This document shows positions 9,017-19,780 of a stretch of DNA of 64,000 bases, one piece after another. The DNA lies in contig OZ219858.1 of NCBI GenBank assembly GCA_964291395.2, forward strand, positions 704,001-768,000, in the 5' to 3' direction. The first letter of the stretch is position 1; each line of letters starts with the position of its first letter. The translations under genes and the position numbers were made by a program. Source of the stretch: Alphaproteobacteria bacterium. Its GTDB lineage: Bacteria > Pseudomonadota > Alphaproteobacteria > UBA2966. The notes beneath the pieces were generated by a model. The model was not told the DNA's origin and did not search any database. It saw only the letters and a program-made list of their open reading frames with translations.

Positions 9017-10504
9017 ATGAGAATGCCGGAACCCGATGCCGACGTCATCGCCGGGCGAAACGCGCTTGTCGCCTCCCTTCGCGGTGTCCTGGCCGATGAG
9101 GGTGTGATCTGGAGCGACAACGAGCTCAAGGCCTATGAATGTGACGGCTTGACCGCTTACCGGCAGGTTCCTCTCGCCGTCGTGCTCCCGGAAAATACGC
9201 GGCAGGTATCGCAAGTCCTCGAGATTTGTTCCGAGCACGGCGCCAAGGTGGTTCCCCGAGGCGCCGGCACATCCCTGTCCGGGGGCGCCATGCCGCTGGC
9301 CGACGGCGTGCTCCTCGGCCTTGGAAAGTTCAATCGCATTTTGGAAGTCGACTATGAGAATCGCTGCGCGGTCGTGCAGCCGGGCGTTTCCAACCTGGCG
9401 ATCAGCGAGGCTGTGGCGGATGCGGGCTTTTACTACGCGCCCGACCCCTCAAGCCAGATCGTGTGCACGATCGGAGGGAACGTCGCGGAGAACTCCGGGG
9501 GCGTCCACTGCCTCAAGTACGGTGTCACGACCAACAATATCCTGGGCCTCGAAATCGTTCTCATGAACGGCGAGGTCATCCGCCTGGGCGGCAGGCACCT
9601 CGACCCGGAGGGCTATGACCTGATGGGGGTGGTGACGGGATCGGAAGGCCTGCTGGGCGTCATCACCGAGGTGACGGTACGGATTCTCAAGAAACCGGAA
9701 GTTGCCCGAGCAGTGCTGGTCGGGTTTCCCGATATCGAGGACGGCGGCCAGTTCGTGGCCGACGTCATCGCCGCGGGGATCATTCCCGGCGGCATGGAGA
9801 TGATGGACAAACCCGCAATCCATGCCGCCGAAGAATTTTGCCAAGCGGGCTATCCGATGGACGTGGAGGCCCTGGTGATCGTCGAGCTCGACGGTCACGC
9901 CATCGAGGTCGACCACCTGATCGAACAAGTCGAAAACATCGCCCACCAATGCCGCGCGTCTTCCGTACGGACCAGCCGGTCGGAGGAGGAACGCCTCGCA
10001 TTCTGGCTCGGACGCAAGTCGGCCTTCGGCGCGGTCGGACGAATTTCACCGGACTACTACTGCATGGACGGGACCATCCCGCGGCGCGCACTCCCGGAGG
10101 TCTTGCGGCGTACCGCCCAGATGTCGGCCCGGTTCGGTCTTCGCGTCGCCAACGTGTTCCACGCCGGGGACGGGAATCTGCATCCGCTGATCCTCTATGA
10201 CGCCAACGTGCCTGGCGAGCTGGAAAAGGCGGAGGAGTTCGGGGCCGAGATCCTGAAACTGTGCGTCGAGATGGGAGGCGTGCTGACCGGCGAACACGGG
10301 GTCGGCGTGGAGAAGCGGGACCTCATGGGCGAGATGTTCACCGACGCCGATCTGGAGCAGCAGCAGCGCCTGAAATGCGCCTTCGATCCTGAAGGATCGT
10401 TGAATCCGGGCAAGGTGTTCCCCACCCTTCACCGCTGCGCCGAGCTCGGCCGCATGCACATTCATCGCGGCCAGCTGCCGTTTCCCGACCTCCCGCGCTT
10501 CTAG
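9017..10504 (+). CDS. glcD: Glycolate oxidase FAD subunit GlcD
   Basis: PRGAGTSLSGG, APDPSSQ, HCLKYG, FHAGDGNLHP, GEHGVG motifs. Confidence 0.93.
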   Translation: MRMPEPDADVIAGRNALVASLRGVLADEGVIWSDNELKAYECDGLTAYRQVPLAVVLPENTRQVSQVLEICSEHGAKVVPRGAGTSLSGGAMPLADGVLLGLGKFNRILEVDYENRCAVVQPGVSNLAISEAVADAGFYYAPDPSSQIVCTIGGNVAENSGGVHCLKYGVTTNNILGLEIVLMNGEVIRLGGRHLDPEGYDLMGVVTGSEGLLGVITEVTVRILKKPEVARAVLVGFPDIEDGGQFVADVIAAGIIPGGMEMMDKPAIHAAEEFCQAGYPMDVEALVIVELDGHAIEVDHLIEQVENIAHQCRASSVRTSRSEEERLAFWLGRKSAFGAVGRISPDYYCMDGTIPRRALPEVLRRTAQMSARFGLRVANVFHAGDGNLHPLILYDANVPGELEKAEEFGAEILKLCVEMGGVLTGEHGVGVEKRDLMGEMFTDADLEQQQRLKCAFDPEGSLNPGKVFPTLHRCAELGRMHIHRGQLPFPDLPRF

Positions 10505-10519
10505 GGGCGCCGCGGCGAC

Positions 10520-11752
10520 ATGTCGGAGACCTTCCGACCGCGCGATGCCGACGAGGTCCGCGAGATCGTGGCGTGGGCGGCGGCAGAGGAACGCCCCCTG
10601 GAGATCCGGGGCCGCGGATCCAAGCGAGGCCTTGGGCGCCCAATGGCCAGCTGCGACGTGCTCGAGATCTCCGGTCTCAGCGGCGTGACCTACTATGAAC
10701 CGACCGAGCTGGTGCTGGCCGCCGCCGCCGGCACGCCCCTCGCCGCCGTCGAGTCGGAACTCGCCCAAAACCATCAGCGACTTGCGTTCGAGCCGGTGGA
10801 TTATGGCCCGGTCACGGGCGGACCGGCGGACCGCTCGACGATCGGGGGCATCGTCGCCTGCAACATCTCGGGACCGCGGCGAGTCCAGGCCGGAGCGGCG
10901 CGCGATCACTGCCTGGGCGTGAACGGCGTATCCGGACGGGGAGAAGCCTTCAAGTCCGGAGGGCGGGTGGTCAAAAACGTGACCGGTTACGATCTCCCGA
11001 AGCTGATGACCGGATCCTACGGCACTCTGGCGACTCTGACGGAGGTGACGTTCAAGGTTTTGCCAATTCCGGAGAAAACCCGAACCGTCCTGATCTACGG
11101 ACTCGACCAAGCCACGGGCATCGCGGCACTGGGCAAAGCCTCCGCGAGCGGCCTCGAACCGACGGCGCTCGCCCACCTGCCGGCGTCCGCGGCCTCCCGA
11201 TCAACGGTCGACCATGTCTCGGGGCCGGATAACAGCGTCACCGCGATACGAATCGAAGGCCTGGCTCCATCCGTGAAGGCGCGATGCGCATCATTCCGGG
11301 AATCGTTCGGGTCGGCAGGCGATACCGAGGAGCTTCACGGACACAACTCGGATACGTTGTGGCGGGAGATCGGTGACGTGAAGCTGTTGCCCGCAACCGA
11401 TGGCGTGTTGTGGCGCCTTTCCGTGCCACCGACGACCGCGGCCGGCGTCGTCTCGGAAATTACGGAGGCATTGCCGGAAGCAAGCGATGCCCACGCCATG
11501 TTCGATTGGGCGGGCGGCCTGATCTGGTTGACGATCGAGGGCGTCGAAGATGCGGCCCATGAAATCGCGCGAGGCGCCATTGCCGCCGGGGGTGGACACG
11601 CCACGCTGATTCGGGCGCCCGAGGAGATTCGGGGGCGGGTTCCCGTGTTCCAGCCCCGAGACTCCGGGCTCGCCGCATTGAACGCGAGAGTCAAAAAGGG
11701 ATTCGATCCGCGCGGCATCCTTAATCCCGGCCGCATGTCGGCCGACTACTGA
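10520..11752 (+). CDS. glcE: Glycolate oxidase FAD subunit GlcE
   Basis: SGPRR, GGRVVKNVTGYDLPKL, FDPRGILNPGR; follows glcD. Confidence 0.92.
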   Translation: MSETFRPRDADEVREIVAWAAAEERPLEIRGRGSKRGLGRPMASCDVLEISGLSGVTYYEPTELVLAAAAGTPLAAVESELAQNHQRLAFEPVDYGPVTGGPADRSTIGGIVACNISGPRRVQAGAARDHCLGVNGVSGRGEAFKSGGRVVKNVTGYDLPKLMTGSYGTLATLTEVTFKVLPIPEKTRTVLIYGLDQATGIAALGKASASGLEPTALAHLPASAASRSTVDHVSGPDNSVTAIRIEGLAPSVKARCASFRESFGSAGDTEELHGHNSDTLWREIGDVKLLPATDGVLWRLSVPPTTAAGVVSEITEALPEASDAHAMFDWAGGLIWLTIEGVEDAAHEIARGAIAAGGGHATLIRAPEEIRGRVPVFQPRDSGLAALNARVKKGFDPRGILNPGRMSADY

Positions 11753-11766
11753 GGGGTGGCGGAAAC

Positions 11767-13065
11767 ATGCAGACCCGCTTTTCCGAAGAACAACTTGCCG
11801 ACCCGCTGATCGCGGACGCGAACCGCGTGTTGCGGAAGTGCGTTCACTGCGGATTCTGTCTCGCGACCTGCCCGACCTATGTCCTGCTCGGGGACGAACT
11901 GGATTCACCGCGGGGACGCGTCTATCTCATGAAGGAGATGCTGGAAACCGGCGGTCCCCCTCCGGCGGAAACCGTCAAGCACATCGATCGCTGCCTCTCC
12001 TGTCTGTCGTGCATGTCGACATGCCCCGCCGGGGTCGACTACATGCGCCTCGTCGACCAGACGCGCGTCCATATCGAAGCGACATTCCGCCGGCCCTGGC
12101 AAGACCGCTGGTTGCGGCGCTTTCTGGGCTGGGTGCTGGTCAGGCCGCCGGCGCTTCGCATCGCCATGTCGGCGGGCGGCTTGGCGCGTTGGTTTGCCGC
12201 ATTGATACCGTCGCGCCTGGCGGTCTTGGCACGCCTGTCACCCGGCCTGGTCGGTGGTCCGGCACCGGTCGTCCGTGCCGGTCGCTATCCTTCGAAAGGC
12301 GAACGGCGCATGCGGGTAGCTCTGTTGACCGGCTGCGTCCAATCGGTGACGGGGACGGAGATCCACGAGGCGACGGTGCGCCTCTTGCGGCGGCACGGAT
12401 GCGAGGTGGTGATCACCGAAGGCGCGGGCTGCTGTGGTGCGGTCAATCTTCACCTCGGCGACGAACACGCGGCACTGCAGTCCGCGGAACGAAGCGTCCG
12501 GTCGTGGTGGCGTGAAATCCAGGGTTACGGTCTCGATGCGATCGTCATCAACGCTTCCGGGTGCGGCACCGTGATCAAGGACTATGCACACCTGTTCCGG
12601 AATCGCCCGGAGCTTCAAGAGGCCGCGTCGGCCGTGTCCGAGCGCGCCGTCGACGTCAGCGAGTTGCTATTGCGTCTGGGATTGAAACCGACGCCGGCCA
12701 AATCGAAGGTCGTGGCCTATCACGATGCTTGTTCCCTCCGCCACGGACAGCAACTTACGGAGCCGCCACGCCAGCTGCTCACGGAGGCGGGGTTCGATGT
12801 CCGTTCGCCAACCGAGGGGCACTTGTGTTGCGGTTCCGCCGGCACCTACAACATGCTTCAGCCGGCCATCGCGTCGCAGCTCGGATCGCGCAAAGCCGCG
12901 AATCTGGAACGGGTCGAACCCGATGTCATCGCGGCGGGCAACCTCGGCTGTATCGTGCAGATCGGAGCATATACCGATCTTCCGGTGGTCCATACGGTGG
13001 AACTTCTGGATTGGGCGACGGGCGGTCCCCCACCGCCCGCGATGTCGCAAGGGGCGCGCGCGTGA
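11767..13065 (+). CDS. glcF: Glycolate oxidase Fe-S subunit GlcF
   Basis: CVHCGFCLATCP, CLSCLSCMSTCP and two CCG motifs. Confidence 0.93.
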   Translation: MQTRFSEEQLADPLIADANRVLRKCVHCGFCLATCPTYVLLGDELDSPRGRVYLMKEMLETGGPPPAETVKHIDRCLSCLSCMSTCPAGVDYMRLVDQTRVHIEATFRRPWQDRWLRRFLGWVLVRPPALRIAMSAGGLARWFAALIPSRLAVLARLSPGLVGGPAPVVRAGRYPSKGERRMRVALLTGCVQSVTGTEIHEATVRLLRRHGCEVVITEGAGCCGAVNLHLGDEHAALQSAERSVRSWWREIQGYGLDAIVINASGCGTVIKDYAHLFRNRPELQEAASAVSERAVDVSELLLRLGLKPTPAKSKVVAYHDACSLRHGQQLTEPPRQLLTEAGFDVRSPTEGHLCCGSAGTYNMLQPAIASQLGSRKAANLERVEPDVIAAGNLGCIVQIGAYTDLPVVHTVELLDWATGGPPPPAMSQGARA

Positions 13066-13108
13066 AAGCGTACGTGGAAGTGAATTGGCCGCGACCGCCC
13101 GAGGAAGT

Positions 13109-13681
13109 ATGCTGGCGCGCATGCGGAAATGGCTCACGGCACTCGTCGTGGCGTTCGGTCTTTGGGGACTGACGGTGGCATCATCCGAGGCGCGGCAGGA
13201 AGATCCCCGCCTCGACGAACTCTTCGACCGTCTTCACAACGTCGAAGAGGGTACCGAGGCAAAACTCGTGATGACCCTGATCTGGCGGATCTGGTCGGAA
13301 TCGGGAAGCCCCACGGTCGATCTTCTGTTCTCACGCGGCATTCAGGCCATGAACCGGCAGGAGTTCGATACGGCTTTGGCCATGCTCAACGCCGTGGTCG
13401 AGATCGATCCCGAGTTCTCGGAAGGATGGAACGCGCGTGCGACCCTGCACTACATCATGGGGAACTACGAGCATTCGATTCGTGACATCGATCGCACGCT
13501 GGCGCTCGAGCCGCGCCATTGGGGAGCGTTGTCGGGCCTGGGCATGATCTACCAGGATACCGAACGCGAGAAGGAGGCCATCGAAGCCTATCGCCGCGCG
13601 TTGGCGGCAAATCCGCATCTGCCGGGCGCCAAGTCCGCCATTGAATTCCTCACCCAGAAGGTCAAAGGCCGCGAACTCTAG
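13109..13681 (+). CDS. Exported tetratricopeptide repeat protein
   Basis: Signal-peptide-like N-terminus; TPR-like EGWNARATLHY...LALEPRHWGALSGLG; start may be 13121. Confidence 0.8.
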   Translation: MLARMRKWLTALVVAFGLWGLTVASSEARQEDPRLDELFDRLHNVEEGTEAKLVMTLIWRIWSESGSPTVDLLFSRGIQAMNRQEFDTALAMLNAVVEIDPEFSEGWNARATLHYIMGNYEHSIRDIDRTLALEPRHWGALSGLGMIYQDTEREKEAIEAYRRALAANPHLPGAKSAIEFLTQKVKGREL

Positions 13682-13726
13682 AGCGGTTCCAGTTTGACCG
13701 GAACCGCCACGGAGCGGGTTTTCCCG

Positions 13727-15142
13727 CTAGGCAACCGAAGCGATATAGAGGGTATTCGTGGCACCGGGCGTGCCGAACGGTACGCCGTAGGTGACGACCA
13801 ACGTGTCCCCCGGCTTGGCGAAGCCCTGCTCGCGCGCGATGCGGCAGGCGCGCTCGTCCATGTCGTCAAAGTCCGTTGCATCGTCCGTGTGTACGCTATG
13901 CACGCCCCAGACAAGCGCGAGCTGCCTTGCCGTGCGAAGGTCGTGGGTTAGCGCCAGCACCGGCACACCGGGGCGTTTGCGCGCCGCCCGCAGCGCGGTG
14001 GCGCCCGTGGACGTGAAGGTCACCGCCGCAGCGGCGCCCAGGGTGTCCGCGACCTGGCGGGCCGCGGCGCTCAGCGCATCCACGTGGGTCGCCTCGGGCT
14101 CCGCCCATTCCGCGTTGAGGATCGGAAGATAGAGAGGATCCCGTTCCGCCTGTGCAGCGATGCGGCTCATCGTGGTCACGGTATCGACGGGATATTCCCC
14201 GGTGGCTGTCTCGGCGGAGAGCATCACCGCGTCCGCACCGTCATAGACGGCCGTAACCACATCGGAAACCTCTGCCCGGGTCGGGGTCGAGGCGTGAATC
14301 ATCGACTCCAGCATCTGTGTAGCGACCACCACGGGTTTTCCGGCCGTGCGGGCGGCGCGCACGATCTGCTTTTGCAGACCTGGAACCGTCTCAAGGGGAA
14401 GCTCGACGCCAAGATCGCCACGCGCGACCATGATGCCATCCGCCAGATCGATGATCTTCGCCAAGCCGTTGACGGCGGACGGTTTCTCGATCTTCGCCAT
14501 CAGTGCGGCGCGGCGCCCGACCAGTTTGCGCGCCTCCTCCACGTCGGCGGACTGCTGAACAAACGAGAGGGCAACCCAATCCACGCCCCGTTCGAGGGCA
14601 AACTCGAGATCGTCGCGATCCTTTCCGGTGAGAGGGGCGATGGGAAGCACGGCGCCGGGAAGATTCACGCCCTTATGTGCCGAAAGCTCGCCGCCGGATA
14701 TCACGACCGTCTCGGCCGTTGCTCCGGTCACCCGTTCGACCCGCAACCGGATGCGCCCGTCGTCTACCGATATGTGAGACCTCCGCTGCAGGGCCTGAAA
14801 CAGCTCCGGATGGGGAAGCGGCGCCCTGGTTTCATCGCCGGGCTCGTCGCTCGAATCGAGCGTGAACGAGGCACCTTTCTCGAGCGTGACCCTGTCGGAT
14901 TTCAGTTCGCCGATCCGTAGCCTAGGGCCCTGCAGGTCGACGATGATGCCGATCGGCCGGCCGGTGTCTTTCTCCACGGCCCGTATGGCGTTGAGCGCGG
15001 CCTCGTGAACGTCGTGCTCACCATGGCTGAAATTCAGCCGAAATACGTCGGCGCCCGCATCGAACAGCTCCCGAATGATCTCGGGAGTGCTGCTCGCGGG
15101 CCCGAGCGTCGCGATGATCTTTGCAGAGCGGAGGCGCCTCAT
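13727..15142 (-). CDS. pyk: Pyruvate kinase
   Basis: KIIATLGPAS, FRLNFSHG, MVARGDLGVE, ATQMLESM, MLSAETA. Confidence 0.96.
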   Translation of the reverse strand: MRRLRSAKIIATLGPASSTPEIIRELFDAGADVFRLNFSHGEHDVHEAALNAIRAVEKDTGRPIGIIVDLQGPRLRIGELKSDRVTLEKGASFTLDSSDEPGDETRAPLPHPELFQALQRRSHISVDDGRIRLRVERVTGATAETVVISGGELSAHKGVNLPGAVLPIAPLTGKDRDDLEFALERGVDWVALSFVQQSADVEEARKLVGRRAALMAKIEKPSAVNGLAKIIDLADGIMVARGDLGVELPLETVPGLQKQIVRAARTAGKPVVVATQMLESMIHASTPTRAEVSDVVTAVYDGADAVMLSAETATGEYPVDTVTTMSRIAAQAERDPLYLPILNAEWAEPEATHVDALSAAARQVADTLGAAAAVTFTSTGATALRAARKRPGVPVLALTHDLRTARQLALVWGVHSVHTDDATDFDDMDERACRIAREQGFAKPGDTLVVTYGVPFGTPGATNTLYIASVA

Positions 15143-15240
15143 CGCCACAGGTTAAGGTGCTGACGGGTTGCGAACCAGTGTCGAAGCACATCGCCAACAT
15201 GGAACTTGCGGCCACCTCATGGCCGGTTCGTGAGCGATGA

Positions 15241-16527
15241 CTATGTCGGATCGATGAGGATGGCTCGGAAATCGTTCACATTGGTGAGAGTGGGTCCCGG
15301 TTTCACCAGATCTTCAAGAAGGGCGAAAAATCCATACGAGTCGTTGTTGTCGAGGTATTTCTCCGGCTCGAGGCCCAGCGTTCGCGCCCGTGACAGCGTA
15401 TCCGGGAACACCATAGCTCCTGCATTGTCCCTACTGCCGTCGATTCCGTCCGTATCGCAAGCGATGGCCGAGATTCCATCGGCGCCTGACAGTTCGATTG
15501 CGAGTGCCAGCGCATATTCCGTGTTGGGGCCGCCGTCCCCGGTTCCCTGGATTGTGACCGTCGTTTCGCCGCCGGACAGCAGCACCAAGGCTTTTCCCCG
15601 TGCACCGTATTCCCGTGCCAGGACGCCGTGGGCCCGAGCCACCTCGCGCGCTTCGCCCTCGATCGCATCACCCAGCACGATCGTTTCGATTCCCGCCTCC
15701 TCCGCCACGCGTGCGGCCGCTGCGAGCGCACGGTCGGCGTCGGCGACGATGCGGAAACTCGCCGACTCCAGGCTCGGATCACCGGGCTTCGGTGTTTCGT
15801 CAGACGCTTTCCGAAGGTGGCGCGCAACGTGAGACAAGGGGTCGATACCGAATTTCTCCAGGACCTCAAGGGCGTCGGCGAAAGTTGTCGGGTCGGCGAC
15901 GGTCGGGCCGGATGCGATGACGGAGGGATCGTCTCCAGCGACGTCGGAAATAGCGAGCGTAACGATGGGCGCTGGATGGGCCGCAGCGGCCAAGCGCCCG
16001 CCCTTCACAGCCGAGAGATGCTTGCGGACGCAATTGATCTCGCCGATCGTCGCGCCGCGGGCGATGAGAGCCCGTGTCACCTTCTGCTTGTCGTCGAGGG
16101 ACAGTCCTGGAGCCGGCAGGCTCAGCAGGGCGGACCCCCCACCGGAGAGGAAGCAGAGGATCAAGTCCCGAGGACCGCAGTTCCGGACCAACTCCAGTAT
16201 CCGGTTTGCGGCGGTGACGCCTGCCTGATCGGGGATCGGGTGTCCGGCCTCGATGACGTCTATGCTGCCGATTCGGTTCTCCTTCTGGCCATGGCCGTAG
16301 CGCGTGACGACGACACCCCGGGCGATATCGCCGTATCGCTTCACGGCCACGCGCGTCATGGCAGTGGCGGCCTTTCCGGCACCGATGATGACCAAGTCAC
16401 CGGCAGGGATGTCGGGAAGGTGGGCGCCAAGGCACCGCGCCGGCTGGACCGCGTCGACAGCCCTCCGAAACATCTCACCCAGCAGTTCCGCTTCAGGCCG
16501 ACTCATGTCCTGGCGGGCCGAGGTCAT
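15241..16527 (-). CDS. MOFRL-family glycerate 2-kinase (TtuD-like)
   Basis: GAGKA, EAGHPIPD, SGGGSAL, KGGRLA, GGETTV, TDGIDG, TNVNDFR; start coupled to the upstream transporter stop. Confidence 0.9.
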   Translation of the reverse strand: MTSARQDMSRPEAELLGEMFRRAVDAVQPARCLGAHLPDIPAGDLVIIGAGKAATAMTRVAVKRYGDIARGVVVTRYGHGQKENRIGSIDVIEAGHPIPDQAGVTAANRILELVRNCGPRDLILCFLSGGGSALLSLPAPGLSLDDKQKVTRALIARGATIGEINCVRKHLSAVKGGRLAAAAHPAPIVTLAISDVAGDDPSVIASGPTVADPTTFADALEVLEKFGIDPLSHVARHLRKASDETPKPGDPSLESASFRIVADADRALAAAARVAEEAGIETIVLGDAIEGEAREVARAHGVLAREYGARGKALVLLSGGETTVTIQGTGDGGPNTEYALALAIELSGADGISAIACDTDGIDGSRDNAGAMVFPDTLSRARTLGLEPEKYLDNNDSYGFFALLEDLVKPGPTLTNVNDFRAILIDPT

Positions 16528-17456
16528 GCCGAACGCTGGTCCTCGTCCGTACCGTCGGTCGGTTCCAGGGTTGCCCGCCGGGCGACGACGATGGAGGCCA
16601 GAACTATCGCTCCGCCGGCCGCTTGCAGGGATCCGAGGAATTCGTCGAGGACGAACCAGGCGAGAATTGCCGCCGCCGGAGGCTCGAGAAGGATGACGAG
16701 CGACGAGAAACCGGCCGGCAGGTGAGCGAGCGCATAAGCGATGGCGCCCTGTCCCCCCGCGTGGGAGAGCCAGGCAAGCGCAAGAAGAATGCACCAGCCA
16801 TACAGGCTCGGGGCCATGAGACTCTCGCCGGACACGACAGCCAGTGGCAGAAGCGCCGCAGCCGTCACCAGACTGGACCACGCCATGATCGTCGCGGCGG
16901 AGAGGCGCGACCTCAGGTGTTTGACCGTAAGTTGGTAGGCCGCCCAGAACATGCCCGTCGCCACGCCAATCCCATCACCCAGGATGTGGGCGCGGTCGAG
17001 TTCGAAGCTGCTCCCGACTACCATCGTCGTGCCGAAAATGGCGATCAGCAGGGCCACTAGAAATAGCGGTGTGATCCGCTCGCCGAACACCACCCGAGCG
17101 CCGACGGTGACGAAAATCGGTGCAGTGTTGGCGAACAAGGTGGCGTTGGCGACCGAGGTTAGCGTCACCGACCAATGCCAGGTCACGAGGTCTCCGGCGA
17201 AGAATATCCCGGCCAGCACCAGCAGCCAGACGTCACGGCGACCGGGCCGCCGTGATTCAGATTCATTTGAATACGTGCCGCCGTTCTCGAGAGCCGTCCA
17301 AGCGAACAGCACGGGCAAGGCCAGGAATGCGCGATGGAATGCCGTGGCCGTCGGACCCAACTCGCTGAGGCGCACGAAGATGGGTGAAAGCGCGACGAGC
17401 AACGCACCGACGACAAGAATCATAAGCCCTGGACGGGCAGCCGATAAGTTGGCCAT
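16524..17456 (-). CDS. EamA/DMT family transporter
   Basis: About 10 hydrophobic segments in two repeats; NTAPIFV and LLEPPAA motifs. Confidence 0.88.
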   Translation of the reverse strand: MANLSAARPGLMILVVGALLVALSPIFVRLSELGPTATAFHRAFLALPVLFAWTALENGGTYSNESESRRPGRRDVWLLVLAGIFFAGDLVTWHWSVTLTSVANATLFANTAPIFVTVGARVVFGERITPLFLVALLIAIFGTTMVVGSSFELDRAHILGDGIGVATGMFWAAYQLTVKHLRSRLSAATIMAWSSLVTAAALLPLAVVSGESLMAPSLYGWCILLALAWLSHAGGQGAIAYALAHLPAGFSSLVILLEPPAAAILAWFVLDEFLGSLQAAGGAIVLASIVVARRATLEPTDGTDEDQRSA

Positions 17457-17631
17457 GGGAGCACGTGAACTCTCGCCACGAGTGGAGAGCGATCAATACT
17501 CCGACGGCCTCACCGGAGCCAGTAATTAACTCGGCCGGTCGACGGATCGCACCGCGCCATCGGCTTGCAAGGCTCGTGGCGGATCGTCTCGCCGCTTTGC
17601 GGCGCAGGCGATTCCAGTATCATACGGCGCC

Positions 17632-18459
17632 ATGACCGACGCATACGGACAGGCGGATGCCCTGGTCGAGGAGGTGGATGCCGATGCCTTCGCCGCCGAC
17701 CTATCCCCATTCGAAACGCTGAACGAAGCGGGAACGGCAAACATCCTGCTGGTTTGTGATCACGCGAGCAACGTCTTGCCCGTGACCTACGGCACACTGG
17801 GTCTCGATCCCGAACTATTGAGCCGTCATATCGCGTTCGATATCGGTGCGGCGGATATCACACGGCGTATGTCGAAGGCGTTGGACGCCCCGGCAGTTCT
17901 GTCCGGCTACTCACGCCTGCTGATCGACTGCAATCGTCAACCCGGACACGTGACGTCGATTCCCGAGATCAGTGACGGAATCGAAATTCCTGACAACAGG
18001 GGACTCGATGCCGCCGAGGTCGAACACCGCCAAGCCAGATATTTCCGCCCGTTCCACGGTGCGGTGGACGCGGCGTTGAAGGGATTTGTCGCCCGAGGCG
18101 TGGTGCCTGCCTATGTCGCCGTGCACAGCTTTACGCCGATCATGCACGGGTATGAACGGCCGTGGCACGTGGGCATCTTGTGGAACCGCGACCCACGCTT
18201 GGCGCGGCCGCTGATCGATGCGCTGTCCGAATGGCCGGACGTTGTCGTCGGCGAGAATCAGCCCTATTCGGGCAGGGACTCTCAGGGCTATTCGATCCAC
18301 GCGCATGGCGGCGACCGGGGCATTCCCAACGTGCTGATCGAGGTTCGGCAGGATCTCGTGGATACCCGTCACGGCGCGGAACTTTGGGCGGCGCGGATCG
18401 GGCAAACCGTCGCCGCCGTCGTGAGGCAGGAAGGCCCCTTCGAAATCGAACACTACTGA
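17632..18459 (+). CDS. N-formylglutamate amidohydrolase family protein (second subfamily)
   Basis: CDHASN, HIAFDIGA, SRLLIDCNR, HSFTP, NQPYSG, IEVRQDL. Confidence 0.9.
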   Translation: MTDAYGQADALVEEVDADAFAADLSPFETLNEAGTANILLVCDHASNVLPVTYGTLGLDPELLSRHIAFDIGAADITRRMSKALDAPAVLSGYSRLLIDCNRQPGHVTSIPEISDGIEIPDNRGLDAAEVEHRQARYFRPFHGAVDAALKGFVARGVVPAYVAVHSFTPIMHGYERPWHVGILWNRDPRLARPLIDALSEWPDVVVGENQPYSGRDSQGYSIHAHGGDRGIPNVLIEVRQDLVDTRHGAELWAARIGQTVAAVVRQEGPFEIEHY

Positions 18460-18470
18460 AGGAAGGCAAC

Positions 18471-19613
18471 ATGGCCCTCGCAGAGCCGGCGTTCACGATC
18501 GGGATCGAAGAGGAATACCTCCTAGTCGATCGGGAGACCCGCGACCTTTGCGCGGAGCCGCCGCCGTCGATGATGCAGGATTGCGAGAAAAGACTGACGG
18601 GTCAGGTGAGTCCCGAGTTCCTGCAGGCGCAGATCGAGGTCGAAACCCGCGTGTGCGGATCTATCGCCGAAGCCCGGGCCGATCTTTCGCACCTGCGCAC
18701 GACCGTAGCGGAGGTGGCCAACCAACACGGTCTCGCGCCGATCGCTTCGGCGACACACCCGTTTGCCCGCTGGCACGATCAAAAGCATACCGACAAGGAG
18801 CGCTACAACGTGTTGGCCAGGGATATGCAGGCTCTCGCCCATCGCCTGCTGATTTGCGGCCTCCACGTCCACATCGGAATTGAGGATGAGGACCTGCGCA
18901 TCGATCTGATGGGCCAGGCGCGCTATTTCATGCCCCATCTGCTCGCGCTGAGCTCGTCCTCACCGTTCTGGGAGGGACTGGAAACGGGCCTGATGTCCTA
19001 TCGGTTGAGCGTATTCGACGGGTTGCCGAGAACCGGCATTCCGGATCTGTTTGACAGCTACGGTGAATATCAGCGGCTCGTCAGCCAGATGGCGTCGGCA
19101 GGCCTGATCGAGGATGCCAGCAAGCTGTGGTGGGACGTGCGTCCCAGCGCCAGCTATCCCACGCTCGAGATGCGTATCTGCGACATGTGTACCCGTCTCG
19201 ACGATGCGGTCACGATCGCCGCCATCTACGTGTGCCTGATGAGGATGCTGTATCGCCTTCGCCAGGGAAACCAGAGCTGGCGCATGTATCCGCGAACTCT
19301 CATCCACGAGAATCGGTGGCTGGCGCAGCGCTATGGGCTGCGCGGGGAGCTCGTCGATTTTGGCAAGGGCGAATTGGTTCCCTACGCCGAACTTCTGGAA
19401 GAGATCATCGAGATCATTCGCGAGGACGCGGAGGAACTGGGCTGTGTCGCGGAGGTCGAGCATGCGCGTGACATCGTTGCTCGCGGAACGAGTGCGCAGC
19501 ACCAGCTCGCCGTTTACGAATCGGCATTGCGCGCGGGCGCGAATGCGGCCGAAGCACTGCGCTCGGTCGTCGACTGGTTGATCGAGGAAACCGTTGCCGG
19601 CGTCGGGGAATGA
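18471..19613 (+). CDS. Carboxylate-amine ligase (YbdK/GCS2 family)
   Basis: FTIGIEEEY, CGLHVHIG, LSSSSPFW, WWDVRP, TLEMRICD. Confidence 0.92.
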   Translation: MALAEPAFTIGIEEEYLLVDRETRDLCAEPPPSMMQDCEKRLTGQVSPEFLQAQIEVETRVCGSIAEARADLSHLRTTVAEVANQHGLAPIASATHPFARWHDQKHTDKERYNVLARDMQALAHRLLICGLHVHIGIEDEDLRIDLMGQARYFMPHLLALSSSSPFWEGLETGLMSYRLSVFDGLPRTGIPDLFDSYGEYQRLVSQMASAGLIEDASKLWWDVRPSASYPTLEMRICDMCTRLDDAVTIAAIYVCLMRMLYRLRQGNQSWRMYPRTLIHENRWLAQRYGLRGELVDFGKGELVPYAELLEEIIEIIREDAEELGCVAEVEHARDIVARGTSAQHQLAVYESALRAGANAAEALRSVVDWLIEETVAGVGE

Positions 19614-19780
19614 ACGCAGACCCTCCGCAACATCCGTGCCGGCCTCCGTATCGACCCGTCCCGCACATTTCATGTGCTGGCTAAGGGAAACGTACTTGAG
19701 GCGGAGGCTGTCGGGTGGTCTCGAGATCGATGTCGCGCTATGAGTCGGGAAGTTTCGAACGCCATTCACAGAGGTTCGAC

